From: Lepidodermella squamata
Lineage: Eukaryota > Animalia > Gastrotricha
Assembly: GCA_047495785.1 (NCBI GenBank)
Contig: JBLDXI010000012.1
Coordinates: 434,001-498,000, forward strand
DNA: 64,000 nt
Direction of reading: 5' to 3'
The notes under the pieces were generated by a model. That model saw only the letters and a program-made list of their open reading frames with translations. It did no database searches and had not been told where the DNA came from. Shown here piece by piece: positions 1-13,968 of the stretch (position 1 is its first letter; each line of letters begins with the position of its first letter). The position numbers were made by a program, and so were the translations under genes.

Positions 1-36
1 AATTAGGGTGTTGAATTGATCGGTTACTAACATAAA

Positions 37-405
37 ATGTCCAAGCCGGCTGCTGCCCCCGGTAAAGAGCTACCCGTAAAAGACTTTGTTTCCTTGGACA
101 AATTGTGGCGCAATCGCTGTTATCACGAAGATGATGCTGCCCGAACATGGAATGCGAAATGGGGATTTCTAGTCGACAATTTTGAAGAGATCGCTCGTCA
201 TGGTATTCGCGTGAAAAAACCTGTTCCCCGACCCACTGCCGTTGAAGTGGAGCCATCTCCCAAACCCCACCCGCAAACTGTTGCTAGAGACATCGGCTGG
301 CGTTCTTCAGTCCCGGCTCTTAACCTTGAGAGATATGGCGGCTCTAAACCAAAGCCCTTATCTATACTTAAGCAGCTCAATTGGCCGACCGAAGCTTGCC
401 CATGA
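37..405 (+). CDS. CIMIP1: Ciliary microtubule inner protein CIMIP1 / C20orf85 (LLC1 family) homologue, single exon, 122 aa
   Basis: Motifs DFVxxDKLW...E..AA..W..KWGFL, PQT..RDIGWRS and terminal L.WP match the C20orf85/LLC1 family as I recall it. Confidence 0.75.
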   Translation: MSKPAAAPGKELPVKDFVSLDKLWRNRCYHEDDAARTWNAKWGFLVDNFEEIARHGIRVKKPVPRPTAVEVEPSPKPHPQTVARDIGWRSSVPALNLERYGGSKPKPLSILKQLNWPTEACP

Positions 406-719
406 GACACAATATTATTAACAGATTCGGAGACTTCAATCAATTGGCTAGCTTAAACTTTTTAATGCAACATTTTTATTTCAGTTTTTTAATCAATATC
501 CACCATTTCTAGGTGCCTGTCTGTTCTTCGCCTGTGATCTTCCTGATTGTGCCGTTTTTACCTAATATTTAATACTTCACCTCGGTGTCGACTCACTGCA
601 GATGTCATCCAGTATCCTATCACCACTTCCTTATCAATAAACTTTTTTGTTCAAACCAATAATTAATTCTTTATTAGGCTTTCAAAAATCAGATAAATTT
701 GCTCATCTTACAAGCAAAT

Positions 720-2319
720 ATGGTAAGTTCAAAATATATCTTCTGATACGTTCGCAAAGCTCTCTTTCACTAGGCCGAGGAACGGTTCGCTTTTATTGTT
801 GAATGGTACGATGGATCTGCAGCATTGATTCGCCGATACGAATTACTTTTCTACAACCGTGATAATTCCGTGGAAATGGTATATGCGCGTCATAACAATA
901 TATGTTGATAAATTTATGAAATCTTTTAGATCGACATCAAAAATCGGAAAATTTTCTTGCGAAGAACAAAGATAGAGTCTCTCAACTTGAAGGATCTGTA
1001 TATCGGTAGCACGGTTATGGTTTTTGGACGCCAGTTGAATATTATAGAGTACTCCGACGATTTTACAAGGCGCATATTTTCGTCCCAGAAAGAGAAGTGA
1101 GTTTTGGATAATGATTAATTCACTAGTATTAATTCACTGGATTATATTGTAGGACGTTTGCAATGATCAAACCTGATGGTCTCCCATACATCGGGCAAAT
1201 CTTGACTCTAATTAGCGAAAATGGCCTGATGATTACAAAACTGAAGATGACTCAGTTTTCAACTGAAGATGTTTACAGGCTGTATAACGATCACGTGCAC
1301 AAACCCTTCTTCAAGTGAGTTTTGTGTTTATATCAACTTGACTGGTGACAAAACTGATGTCCCAAACTAGAGACTTAATGCAACACTCGTTGAGTGGTGG
1401 TGTGGTTGGTATGGAACTTGTTGGCGAGCAGGCAATAGACAGATGGCGTCGAGTTCTCGGCCCAACAGATCCATCCGTTGCTCGCTCGGAGGCGCCAAAC
1501 AGTGTACGAGCTCGGTTTGCCATAGGTATGTACTGATAAAAGTTTTTTGTTAATAACGAATAACCCACCATTTGATATCTCCAGACGCCATCTCTATTAT
1601 TTTTACGGAGAAGATCTCGTGCCTTTTGTCTTGCTTTGTTATAAAGTTTTATTGTTTACTAATAGATACCATTCGCAACACGGCGCATGGCTCCGACTCA
1701 GTGGAAGCCGCCAAACGAGAGCTTGATTCATTTTTCATGTCAGGAGTTCAACAACGCCGCAATACAGCTGTTTTTCGTGACTGCACTTGCGCAGTCATCA
1801 AGCCGCATGCGGTGAAAGCCGGTAAATGATGAGAAAAAATCTCGATTGAAATCATCAATTAAAATGTTGTTGAAAAAATAACAGGCATTGCCGGTCGTAT
1901 CCTGGATAAAATAGTTGAGGCCAATTTTGAAATATCGGCCTTGGAGATGTTCACTCTGCAAAAGGGCCAAGCTGAAGAATTCTTTGAAGTAAGCCTCTGA
2001 CTCCACTTATATACTAATCTCACGCTTGTGTTCGTGTTAGATTTACAAAGGAGTAGTTCATGAGTACACTGAGATGGTGGCAGAAATGGTTTCTGGACCT
2101 TGCATCGCGTTGGAAATACGCGCGAAGGATGCAACGCGAACTTTCCGTGAGTTTTGCGGACCGGCTGACCCGGAACTGGCGCGACAACTGCGCCCGCGCA
2201 CCTTGCGCGCTATTTTCGGCAAAAACAAGGTACAAAACGCAGTGCATTGCACCGACTTGCCTGACGATGGCCTGCTCGAAGTGGAGTACTTCTTCAAGAT
2301 CCTCACTAATTGTCTGTGA
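720..2319 (+). CDS. NME7: Nucleoside diphosphate kinase 7 (DM10 + two NDK domains), multi-exon
   Basis: ATG 720-722 is directly followed by a GTAAG donor. Exon from 774 gives AEERFAFIVEWYD..LIRRYELLFY (DM10); later exons give TFAMIKPD, RNTAHGSDS, CTCAVIKPHAV and NAVHCTDLPDDGLLEVEYFF. Confidence 0.95.
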
Positions 2320-5115
2320 TAGCTCGCCAAATCTAGTGACAGCGAATCTTTGAAGTGATCTTATTGAATTAAAAATTATTGCTACTGGTCCGAATTGCTG
2401 AGAAATAGCTGTTTGTTACGCACTGTAAATTATACACGTTATTCAAATTACAACCGAATTTACGAAGCTTGGCTATTAAGCAAATAAATAAATTGTTGAC
2501 ACGCTGGTTAAAAAAATGAGTTCAACTTTAGACACGATGGCCACTTTATTAACGCTTCTCGCCACCAGATTTGAATGCCACCAGTTGGATACGACGATGG
2601 ACGGAAGGAGAGAGAGAGAATGAAACAAAATAACCGCGTTTGCGCATTTAGCCACAAATATTTGGTTAGACCATGCACTCGCGTGAGACACAAATAACAC
2701 ACAAGACACGCCTGGATTGAAGGACAGTTTGCAACTGGTAAAACAAATCAAATGCTAGGTTATATTCAACGACTGCGGAAGCACATATCAGCCGTTTTAA
2801 CGGACGGGAGAAGTGTAAGATCAATTAATCAACCATCTCGGATGACAATATTGTCAGAGAAATGGAGAAGAAAAGAACAGGCTTAGCACATGGGTTGAGT
2901 CGAACAGTCTAGGAGCCACATCAAGCTCAACAAGATCCTAAATATCAAGGTGGAGAGAATCGCGTCGCATTTCAGTTCTTGTAACAGCAGGCCTCATCGT
3001 GAGTTTTTCTATTTCGCATTACTTGCCATCATCTTTTCATCATTATTCAATTTTTCTAAAGATTTGTATTTATATTTATATTCAACTTTATAATATAATT
3101 ATAATAACATTACATTCGTTCGCATGCAGCGAAGAAAAAAGATATTTCTCTGTATATTGTGCACGCAATCGATATTTTACGAGAGAGGATTTGTTTCACC
3201 AATAATAATAATAATAATAACTTTAACGATATAACTGTCCGCAGACCAAAGAATTTTACAGTTTTAGAGAAAAACAATATATACTTCATTTTCAACTTTA
3301 TCCAAGATTTGTTACAGAGAAATAGACAGCATGTATACATAGATTTCTCAAAACGTTTCACCTTCATCATCTGCCCTTCTTGATACATTTACGATAATAG
3401 CAACACATACATTTATATATATATCACGATCGTAGAATGGCCACTCAGTTAACATCGCAATTTCTTATTGAGTTATTTACACATACAATGCGTTTAAAAA
3501 TTATTTTCAGCTACCCTTTTTTCATCATTATCATCATCAAAGCACGTGTTGCTCGAATAGCGGTACGCATACATCAGCAGAACAATGAATACCTAATTTC
3601 ATTCATACTATGCGCTTTTTTCATGAAGATAAAGGTCCATAGCGGGCACAATTAGTTTGAAAATCCTAATAATTATTGTGCAGGTGCGAAACAAAAGAAT
3701 TGATGAGCTGCATTAAGTCACATGAAAAACTTGATGAGCTGATCAAATAAAATTGGATTCGACTGGAATTCTTGGATGCTGTCAGAGGTTCAAACGCGAG
3801 TTCAGCGTAAATATATACGGCGACTTTATGCTTTTGTACAAAAAGTGAGACGGGTTTAGCTTTCAAAATATTGAACTGAAGAAAGAACGAAAAAAGTAAT
3901 TCGTCATCATCACCATCTGTACAAATCGGAAGTCATCAAATAGGCTTTCATCAAAAAATGCAGCAGGAATAGAAGACACTAATAATATAATATATTTCAT
4001 AATAGCATTGTTATGAACTTCGAGACGAGGAAAAAATAATTGACGGGCAAGTTATGAAGTTTATATTTCAAATATAAATGTTTCCCGCAGCCATATTCTC
4101 AATATATAATAAGATTTCAATAAAGAAAAATTACATCGCTTTTGCATACAGTTCACCAAAAATTATTTAAAAATTTACGAGGCATAAGGATTATAAAGCA
4201 AAGTCATATCTTGTTGTTTCCATCTGCCTTGTTTACAGCGGCACGGTTGCATAGGAAAGCTTATCAATAGTGAATTTCCATCCAGGAGATGAAACAACGC
4301 AGTAAATTGATGTAACGAGAAGAAAGCGACCGAAAAATAAGTTGCCAAACACCCTTATGCTTCAACATTCTTAATTACTGTTCATTTGATAATATCACTA
4401 TCGAGTAAATTTGATAGCCCCAAATGCATAATATAACAGTTGAATAAAACGAAGCTGCTCCAAGTCTCGAATATAATTGTGTTAGCAATAAATAGATGAA
4501 ATTAACCGGGTATTTTATGGTCAGATGTAATCTAAAATCCTTAACAACGTAACATGAAGAATAGGTGAATTGGATTCGCGGTAATGAAAAAATGATGAAG
4601 AATTTGACGCCTATTGATATTTTCGCCTGCTGTTGATTTTAAACTCAATTTATGAGACATTTGTAGTCGTTTGATGATGAATATATTTTCATGTTGGTGA
4701 TTTGGCTTTCGAATTTTTGTTTCCGGAGAAAAGTGAAGACGACAGTGAGGAGAAGTTGACAAAGTCGCGCTTTATGAGTCGAAATGCACTGAACAGATTT
4801 GCGCGAATGATGATGACAATAATAACGATGTTTTGGTTAATATTATATAATTGAAATAAACAACTAATAAATGTTTATTAGTGACAGCACTCATGTCGGA
4901 TACAATTCAAATTATCAGTCACGGCCAGACTTGATATCTTGAGGAGACGCATTGTGGTCATTCTTGCGATCGAGTTTAATCTTATTATTTTTCATCCAGT
5001 CAGTCTTGCAAGGCGCAATGATCGGGCGAATTCACATTATTATTCCAATAAATTCTCGTTTTTTGAAAGTCTTTGCGAATTTTAATAATTGCTAATACTT
5101 TGTTTATTGTTGAGG

Positions 5116-8100
5116 CTAATGAGAAGCCCCAACGCTGTCGAAAAACGATGTCAGATTTTTGATGTCAACACCGCGTCCGTCGCTGGCTGGTCCGTCCTTC
5201 CACGCAACAAAGTCTTCCACAGACACAACTTCTTTTTCGGAGAACTAGAAAATGAAAAAAATTATAAAAAATTCGAATGAAATTAGAAAATAAATTACGG
5301 TGGTGAATAGGCTAGACAGCAGATTAGGAGGGCGAGTTAGGCCAACAACCAGCTCGTGAGCACCGGTCAACACAGCCTGGCAATGCTTTTTGTTGTCTAT
5401 GCTGCAGAAGCGTTTCAGCACATCGAGCCGCGTGCTGAGATGCTTTTCCGACAACTTCGCTTTCGAATCCGAGCCTACGAGGCATGTGGAGCACAGGGCT
5501 TTGGTCAGCTCATGGATAAAACGAGGTGATTGCCGCTCTTGTTCACTGACAGATTTCTGAAATAAATTGGCAAATTATCAACAATATTGACGTAGATGAA
5601 AGACACTTCGCACGCATCAAACAAAAACCCACGCTACCCCACGCACTTTTTTAATTTCACGCTAAAAAAGTTCACCCTAGAAATTACCGAGTTCACTTCA
5701 TGTGTAGAAGAGATTTTCCTGATGCTCATTATTTTTCAAGTTTTCCGGGCCAGACGTGCATCGCAGGCAAAAAATGCCCCAACTTATCCGACACGGATCT
5801 ATGAAAACCATGACCCGCAACGTGAACAAATACAGAAATTCAAGCCAGAAAAAAATGGCTGGATGATTTTCATTGACACAATAATTCGAAAAAATATTTA
5901 AAAATGTTAATTACGAACCGTGATTTTGTCGATAGCATCATTATTTTGAGCTTCATTCGGCTCTTCATTGGGCCGCGCGGGGCTGAAGCTTGTGGAGAGA
6001 AGTTTTTCTAGCAAAATCCGAGTGTCGGCGACGCTGGAGGGTGCCGAAGTAGTTTGGTGGTCGGGAGAGTGGCACGAGGGAGTCGAGAAAGGCTCGGGCG
6101 CCTCGTCGTCATCACCGATATGTTTGACGAGCCACGCGAGGGATGGCTGTTTCGTGAAGTCGGTCGAAACCACCTTACCGAGCCCGGCCGCCCGGTAGAA
6201 CACGCCGGCTTGTTGCGGGCTTTGTTCTTCCGAGATGACCTTCAGGAAGTTCTCGCTTAACCGGTCCACATTGCTGGCCTGGGTCTGCGAGCAAACCGAG
6301 GCGAAAAACGAGTGATCGATTTGAGACGACTCGGCATGGAACAGCAAATGATACAATAATTTCGCCAGAGCCGACCAAAAGTGAGGCATATCGACCTCGA
6401 TATCGTCACCCTCGTCCACCACGCCGACAATGCCGTCTATTGTGGCCTTCCTCGATAACCGCCCAGAACGAGCAAGGTTTCCGAGTAAAGTGCCAATAAT
6501 TCCAGTCGATTTTTCATTCGACTCGAGACCGGATATTACAGCACTCTTCACCCACACAGACACGTTCTCCTGGGCCAAGGCGTTCGCGGCGTCAGTTAGG
6601 AAGTCGTCCATGTCCTGTAGCCGAATGAAAGTCTGGATTAAGGCGGAACCGCTCTTCGCGAGTTGCTCGTCCGACATCGGCTCGACGACGGTCGGCGAGG
6701 GTAGACCAGCATCCGACGCGCGCGCTGCAGGCAGCCGGTTTCCCATCGGGCCAGTAGTCGAGCGAGGTAGAGACGCGCCGAAATCTGGCCGCTTTGATGC
6801 ATTTTGAGGGGGAGCGTCCCGGTTCTTCTCCAGGCTTCTGGCGCCACGGTAGCCACCAGCGGCTGAGGAGTTCATAACAGCCGGAGCCATACCGGTCGCC
6901 GGGCGTTCATTAGCCGGAGCGGCTTGCGACGCCTGAGAGGCAGCACCCTTTGCCCAGCCGCTGCTACCCGCCGACCATTTCGGCTTAAGCGCGACGTTAC
7001 CACCGTCAGTTGAGGTTGTCGGGATAGAAACCGGGCCGAAAGACCGAATATCAGACGGCGATTCGTGGCCCCGTCCATCACCCTGCCTTGAGAGCTGACC
7101 ACTAGACGCAGTGTGGGGGATGTTGCCACCTCGGTGGCCGCGACCGCCTCCGCGCTGAGCACTTAATGTGCCCCGGTATTTCGAGGTTTCCTTCTCTTTC
7201 TCAGCCAGTTCGCGTTCAAGATCGCTGCGAATTTCGGCGATTTTCTTCGGGCCCTCAGCATCTCGTTGCTTGAAGACCCAACCGTCCTTCCGCGCGTCCA
7301 ACACGTCTTGAATAAAAAAGCGGATTCGAGACGACATTTTGCGCTCTTTAATAATATCCTCGAGCGCCTCAACGCAATGCTTCCACCACTGAATGTGGTC
7401 CTTCTTATTCGACTTCAGCACTTGATCTTCGAACTGCTTACCAATAGTTCGAAGAAGCTTACACAAACACTCCAGAGTATCTTCGTCCTGCTCTTTCATC
7501 AAACGATTGATGCAGTCGATGATAATCGCCTGAGTTAGTTCTTTTGTCTTGTACAACTCGCTGATGAGTCGGATGTTGCCCAAATACTTCTTTTTCAGGA
7601 CGAATTTATACTCTTCAAGGTCTTCCGACGCATTCTTCTTCTCCTCGGGCGTTCTCGCCTTGGCGAGAAGCTCTTCCAACTCGATTTGCCGCGCGGTGCC
7701 GTGATCGTGGTCTTCGAACTCGCGCTGGCAGTAGTTGAGCATAACCTTCTTGAACTGCAGTTTCTTGTTTTCTTTATCAATAAACTCGATTTTGTTCAAG
7801 AAAGTGCACATTTTCGCGTAGCATTCGACCAAATTCGGTTCAGAAATGGCCTTGTCGAAAATGATTCCAACAACGTCACTGAAGAGTTTTGCCTTGTCTG
7901 GAACCTTCTTCATGCGTTCGTCTTGCTCGGTGAGTAAAGCGTGCATGCGATGGGTCAGTAAATCGAAATTCTCTGGAGTCATTTTATTGAGAATGCCTCG
8001 GACTTCACGGCAAATGTCTTCCTCGGCAGTACGCTGCATGATGCGCTTCGTCGGCGGGACGTTCGGTTCGCGCTGCGACGGGCCACGAGGAGCGCCGCCA

Positions 8101-10088
8101 CGCTTGTCCCAAGATGCAGCACCGTCGAAGGGGTTGTCCGAGAAGGTCGGTTTCCGAACAACGTCTGGAATCATTTTCGCAAAAGCCGAGCTACTCGCAT
8201 TCGCTTTCAGTTCCATAAACTGTTGGCGCATGTACGTCCGATTTGTCGATGCCGATCCATCATCTGATTTCGACGGCTTTAGCACTGAAGGAGCCGCGGC
8301 GGCCACAGGGGCGACAGGGGCAACAACTGTTGGCTGGCTAGGCGCAGCGACCGGTTGAGGTGCCGGCTGTGGGGCAGTGGCTTTAACCGGGGCGGCGAGG
8401 GCGTCGCCGAAAAAGCTTGAGATTGCGGAATCTTTCGGCTTGGCGGCGGGCACATTCTGCGGGGTAGCAGGTCGAGCGTTCGCCTCTTGCGCGGCTTGTT
8501 TAACCTGCGCTGGTTGAGCAATCTCTTCCTCGGCCTTGATAGGTTCAGCAGCTTTAACCGGAGAAGGAGCAGCCGGCGCGGGCTTCGTCGGAGACGGCGC
8601 CGATACTTTAACTGGTTCAGCCTTGGCAGGGGGACCAACCTTCGCTGCCTTTGCGTAGCTCACAGTCGTCGAGGTATCTGGTTGAGCTGGCGTGGAAGAT
8701 GAGCCGGTATCCGAGGAAGCACCAGTGCTTTCTGTCGATTTGGCAGGCTCTGCTAACCGCTGGCTGACCTGCGCCTGAAAAAATCAATTATGGTTCATCC
8801 TCAAACAGTCAAAATATAGTTGAACGTACTGCGAACTCAAGAGCAACATTATTTTTCTTCGGAGCAGTTGAAGCAGCACCTTGAGCACCGGGCGCAGTTG
8901 CTGACATGACAGCGGCAGCACCTGGTGACTTCCTATCAGCTTCGTCAGAGGCTGGGGTAGCACTCAGGGTCGCTGAAGGGGCACTCGGCACTGCTGGAGC
9001 CGGAGGCTCAGCCGGGCGAGGTGGTGGCGGCAAATCAATTTCTTTCCCAGTGCTCGGATCTTCTATTTTAAGAATCTTTCTCTGCCGAGTAGGGGCGGGC
9101 TGCTGTGGCGGAGCAGCAGTGGGCATTGCCTGAGGTGCCACGTTTTGTGACTGCTGCTGCGGTAATGCTGCATTTTGAGACTGGGGTACAGTCGGAATGG
9201 CAGGTTGCTGTTGAATCAACACTTGCTGAGTGGGTGCATTCTGAGCAACATTGCCTGCAGCTCCAGTAGCGACATTGGGCATCTGGGCTTGAGCTTGCTG
9301 AGAAGACGCTGCAACGTTCTGTGCATAAAGTTGCTGAACGTAAGCTTGTTGCTGTTGTTGTTGTTGCTGCTGCTGCTGCTGCTGCTGTTGTGTCGGATTA
9401 TACTGGCGGTTTGCCATCTGAGGCCTTGCCGCGACAGGAGCTATAATACGCTTTCAAATGTAATTTTGAAATAACGAAGTCTAAACCAACTTACCATGAA
9501 CAGGGACAACAAAGTTGCCTTGACTCAAAAACAGGTTTGGATCGTAGCCATAGGGGTATTGAAGCTGCTGCGGAATCATCATGACGTTACCCTGAAACTG
9601 AAGTTGCTGCGCTTGAACGGCATTAACATCTGCCGCAAGGCCTTGCTGATGATACGCATTCGCAGCTAAGTGCTGATGCTGGAGTACATGCTGACCTTGC
9701 GGTCGGAACTGGACCTGTTGATGAAGGAAGGGCTGGGACATCGCTTGACCGGGGGCAACATTAGCGTAATAATATTGTTGGCCGTTGGCTTAAAGGTTGA
9801 ACAAATCATGTGATTGAATGCAATAAATATGACATTATGAACTCACAATAAACCTGCGGGTATCCTTGCTGAGCAGGTTGTTGCTGCATCAACTAAAATT
9901 AACGTAACGAGATTAGCTCTCGTTAAATAACACCTAGAAAAGCACACCCATCAACTTACAATGTATTGGGGTTGCGTCGAAGCCATAGGAGCAATGTGGT
10001 AAGCTTGTTGATCAGAGTGTTGTTGAGAGTTAGTTAATGTCTGGTAGGCGTAGGCTTGATTTTGATGATGGGAGTCATTCCCACTCAT
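5116..10088 (-). CDS. EIF4G: Eukaryotic translation initiation factor 4G, multi-exon
   Basis: Q/P-rich N-terminal exons, PABP-binding-like RKILKIEDPSTGKEI, MIF4G (VRGILNKMTPENF, LGNIRLISELY, SSRIRFFIQD), MA3, and W2 exons at ~5556-5300 and 5244-5116 ending FFDSVGASH*. Start codon and small 5' exons are less certain. Confidence 0.93.
9346..9390 (-). repeat. CAG/CAA repeat encoding a 15-residue polyQ in the eIF4G N-terminus
   Basis: Directly visible (TTG/CTG run on + strand). Confidence 0.9.
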
Positions 10089-11456
10089 TTCAAAAAAGCG
10101 AAAAAGCAGCCGGGGACTCCGTTTTAAAGCCCTGGCAAAAAATCTAGCAAAAGGCGTAAATTGTTAGTATCTGCAGCATAAGCAAGCAAAATATAACACA
10201 GATTTAAATATTATTCAGGACAATTAAATATTGAATCTCGTGCAAGGATTTGAAAAACAGCAAAAATCATTGTCCCTACACACTGATTTCTGCGATATAA
10301 AAACTGGGTCAGATGTTTAAAAGGCAATGAACGCAATACGGCCAGAGAGATGTATTGGTGTATGAACATACTATGCATTTTCTTAGTAAGCTATCAGCCG
10401 GCAACACGCAGCATACGGCCGCCGGGCTGGCAAAAAAATGAACGGGAACTTTGAGGACAGGTTTGCACGTTTTTGCGTCTCGGCAAAATCAACAAATCTC
10501 GACCGGAAATCGTTTTCTTTCCATTAAAATAGGGTATAAATAATTATAAATAGTTCATAATAATTTCAAAAAAATTTGCCGCAGTAGATAAAAATTGTGC
10601 CGCGAAATTGGAAAACTTTGGCATGCGCGCGCGATGTCTAAATGCGCGAGATGCTCGGCCCTCCCATCTACTCCCGTCTTTGACGCCACAACGTACTGAC
10701 GGGTTTCCCAGAACGAGGTATGAATCAAGTGTCAAGAACAAGACTATAATTTGTAGAAATGTCCAATCTGGAACAGGTAACTCATAAGTTCATAAGTAAC
10801 CCTTGCCGAGCCGAATAGGAATTGTGTAGTCTATTTCCTCCAGACGGTAATTCTTTTTGGTGACTGCTACAAAACTTTTACAAACGTGTTCACACATTTA
10901 CAGCTGCTTACATCGCAGCTTCTTTTACTATCGGCATTATTCTACTTGATATCAGAGCTTAGCTGATTTCGATACGTTTTGTGGTTTGTAACTGATGTAT
11001 GACTGAGGGTTTAGTGTTACAGCCCTCTTTTCAATCCTCATGTCATGCAGCATCGAATTCGATTTTCGGCTTCTTCGAGAACCAAGCATGTTGTGAATGG
11101 GGGCGAGTTTTTATAAGGCTGAACGCTGATTCAAGACGGCTCGATGTATTAACTCAGTAGTGATCCAAATGCGGTAAAAAATACCCAATTTGTTGAAAGG
11201 TTTTCTCTTCGAATTTACCCAAAACTATCGTCTAATGATTGAAAAATTGCTTTGAAATTTGATTGCTTAATCCCGTACTACCTGAAGCCGTATCAGCTGT
11301 TATTTTTTTTGATGCGGCCTCGCTGGTATTTGCGATTTTTCGCACTGTAATATCTTGTATACCTACACCTTTCATTACACTTCATTAATTATGTGTATCA
11401 TCAGCGTTTAAGTAACGGACAATGAGTTTGTATTATTTTCCATAGTTGCCGAAACA

Positions 11457-13474
11457 ATGGCCGTTGCTGACTTTGATACGATTTTAAAGGAACTAACAAG
11501 TGATATTCAGACTACCCTTTCTTCGGATACTCTATGTTGCGGTTCGTGTAAGAAGCCTTTAAAAGATCCACGTTACCTGCCGTGTCGCCATGTCCTCTGT
11601 GGCTCTTGCTATAAAGCGTCAGACAAGTCTGGAAGTAATATACCAGAGAAACCAAAATCGCGCCGTTCTAAGGAGAAGAAACCCACTTGCCCGGTTCAGT
11701 CGTGCAGTTTGCCTTACGAAACATCGGAAATAAAATCTGCCCTTGATATTAATGTCGGGCGATCTCTCCGATTTTTCGATGGCCTTCGTTCATTTGTCTC
11801 GGAAAACATTGGTCGCACCAGTCCTGCTGATTTTGCTCCCCCGCCGAAGGCTGCCGCTGATTTGGAAGCCCGTGTTACAATTAGCACATGCGAACTTTCA
11901 AACGAATCCGATGCATCATCGGCATCTTTGAACAGCAGACCTTCTTCAAGTGTAGCCGGCCAACCTAGTAAGCGTCAAAATTCTATTGAAAAGGCCGCCC
12001 CAAAGAAACGCGCTGCAAGCAAAGAGTCTAAAAAAGTCGTAGCGCGATCCAGCAAAAGTAAGACCGACGATATAGAGAACAAGGTTGACGTGTCGAGTAA
12101 TACGGAGAGTCGCGATTCTACCGAGACTTCAACTTCCGACGAGTTAGCCCCTAAATCGAATTCAAAACCTCAGAAAACTGTATCTTCCCCTTTGCCAAAA
12201 AATAACAACACAGCTCATCATTTGGACAAGAAAAATGCTAAAGGCGAGACTGCGCTGCAAAGAGCATGCAAAAAGAAAAGTGGGGCACTTGATGAAGTGA
12301 ATCGATTATTAGATGCTGGGGCAAACCCAAATGTCTGTGACAACGCTGGCTGGACTCCCTTACACGAAGCAGCTCAACGCGGTGACGATAAAGTTATATC
12401 AGCTTTGATTTCCAAGGGTGCTAATGTTAATATCAGATCTCAAGACGGTACAACTCCACTTCACGACGCAGCCGCGAGTGGGTCCCTCAAAGCAGTCGAG
12501 GCTTTATTGAAAGGCGGTGCCAATCCAGCAATCCAAGATTTCAGCCACAAAACCGCGATTGATTGTACTCAGTTGGAAGCTGTTCGAGAAATGTTAATGA
12601 AATCGCTCCAGTCATGTGATCAGAATGCAACATCGAACCAATCTACGGCATCTAGCTCAACTAATGGTGTCACTTCTAATAATGGAACTCCGTCTTCCTC
12701 CGTAGTCTTTGCACTTTCTGGCTTGAACAGTAGTCAGACCCCTGAATACAGCGAGAGATTACGATCTAGTTCCACGTTAAACGGAAGACTAAGTGACTCA
12801 GTATCACCTGAGGTTACTCATTTAGTTGTTACGACGCTGCCTGAAGACGACATAGTTTGCTCCCGGAGATCATTGAAATTTCTGCAAGCAGTAGCATGCG
12901 GGTGTTGGATTGTAAGCCTGAAGTGGTTGGATGAATCCCTCAAAGCTGGTCAATGGCTTCCAGAAGCAGATTATGAAGGTATAAAAAATAGTCCCGATAA
13001 TATAAGTATCTGACGATTTTTTATGTTTTAGTTGATGGCTGTGCTCGCGGTAATCCACATGCTGGTGGTCCAAAACGGTCCCGTCTTGGGCATCAATCGA
13101 GTTCAGGCCAAGCCGAGCCACCGTTATTTTCATCGTGCGGTCTTTACTTTCAAGGCCGGTTTGAACCTCCTGCCGCAATCGATCACGACGATTTGCAGGA
13201 TTTATCCGACTGGTTAGGTGCCAAGGTGTTGAAACGCGAACCCCGCGTCAAGTTGTCCCTAACCGCTCTTGGTCTTCAAGCACCACCTGTCTATCACGCC
13301 CCAAAGGAATCGAATGTTCGGGACTATTCAGTTTTTATAATTCGAGACCCAACACTAAGCCCGTTGCATCCAGCCCATCAAATTCGCTCGCCACCCTTGG
13401 CGACAGTGACTTATGACTGGTTCTTGACTTGCATCGAGTTGTGGCGATTACAAGACTTGCCGCCTGTTCAGTGA
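11457..13474 (+). CDS. BARD1: BRCA1-associated RING domain protein 1 (RING, ankyrin repeats, tandem BRCT); intron ~12979-13031
   Basis: C3HC4 RING (CGSC..LPCRHVLCGSC..CPV), ankyrins (KKNAKGETAL, DNAGWTPLHEA, GTTPLHDAA), BRCT (VTHLVV, RSLKFLQAVACGCWIVS..W, GAKVLKREP, VTYDWFLTCI). Confidence 0.92.
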
Positions 13475-13968
13475 TTGTTTTTCGTGTTACATACGATCCT
13501 CTTATTATGAAAATTTGATTACGTAATTCAAAAATAAAAATAAATGCTTGATATATAATTTATTCCGGCTTTTTTCGGTGTAACGGCATGCAGCAGTGAG
13601 GGAGAACCTTTGAAAATAACGAAAAGGAAAATTTCACCATTCCGTTTTTATTCGTGATCAACATCATCATCATCATCTCAATAAAGCTTTAGCGACTAAT
13701 TCATTCATTTTTCAAACAATGAGAACATAAAAAATAATTTTGACACATTTCAGCGAGCGTTTTTCTGTGATTTGTTTGCCTGGATACATCATTCGCAGCG
13801 ATTCTGTACAATTTTAAAAGACTTGATCGTGATTATAGCATGCGCACACGAAAAGGCGGTTGAAATAACAATAAAATTATTATTATGATAATCGAGCAGT
13901 TATTTACATATCGAGAAAAACGACAACAAAAAATGAGACAGCCGATTGTTGCTTCCGCATCGAAAATT

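Noticed and set aside
2330-5110. Short ORFs and (AAT)n between NME7 and eIF4G
   Set aside because: AT-rich low-complexity sequence, most likely 3'UTR or intergenic.
5968-9474. Many overlapping ORFs within eIF4G (similar ones in the nephrin-like, ACAP and PP2A genes)
   Set aside because: Off-frame or antisense shadows with no recognisable motifs.
10770-10870. Candidate spliced-leader RNA (GGTAA followed by a T-rich Sm-like run)
   Set aside because: No match to a leader I recognise and no supportable secondary structure.
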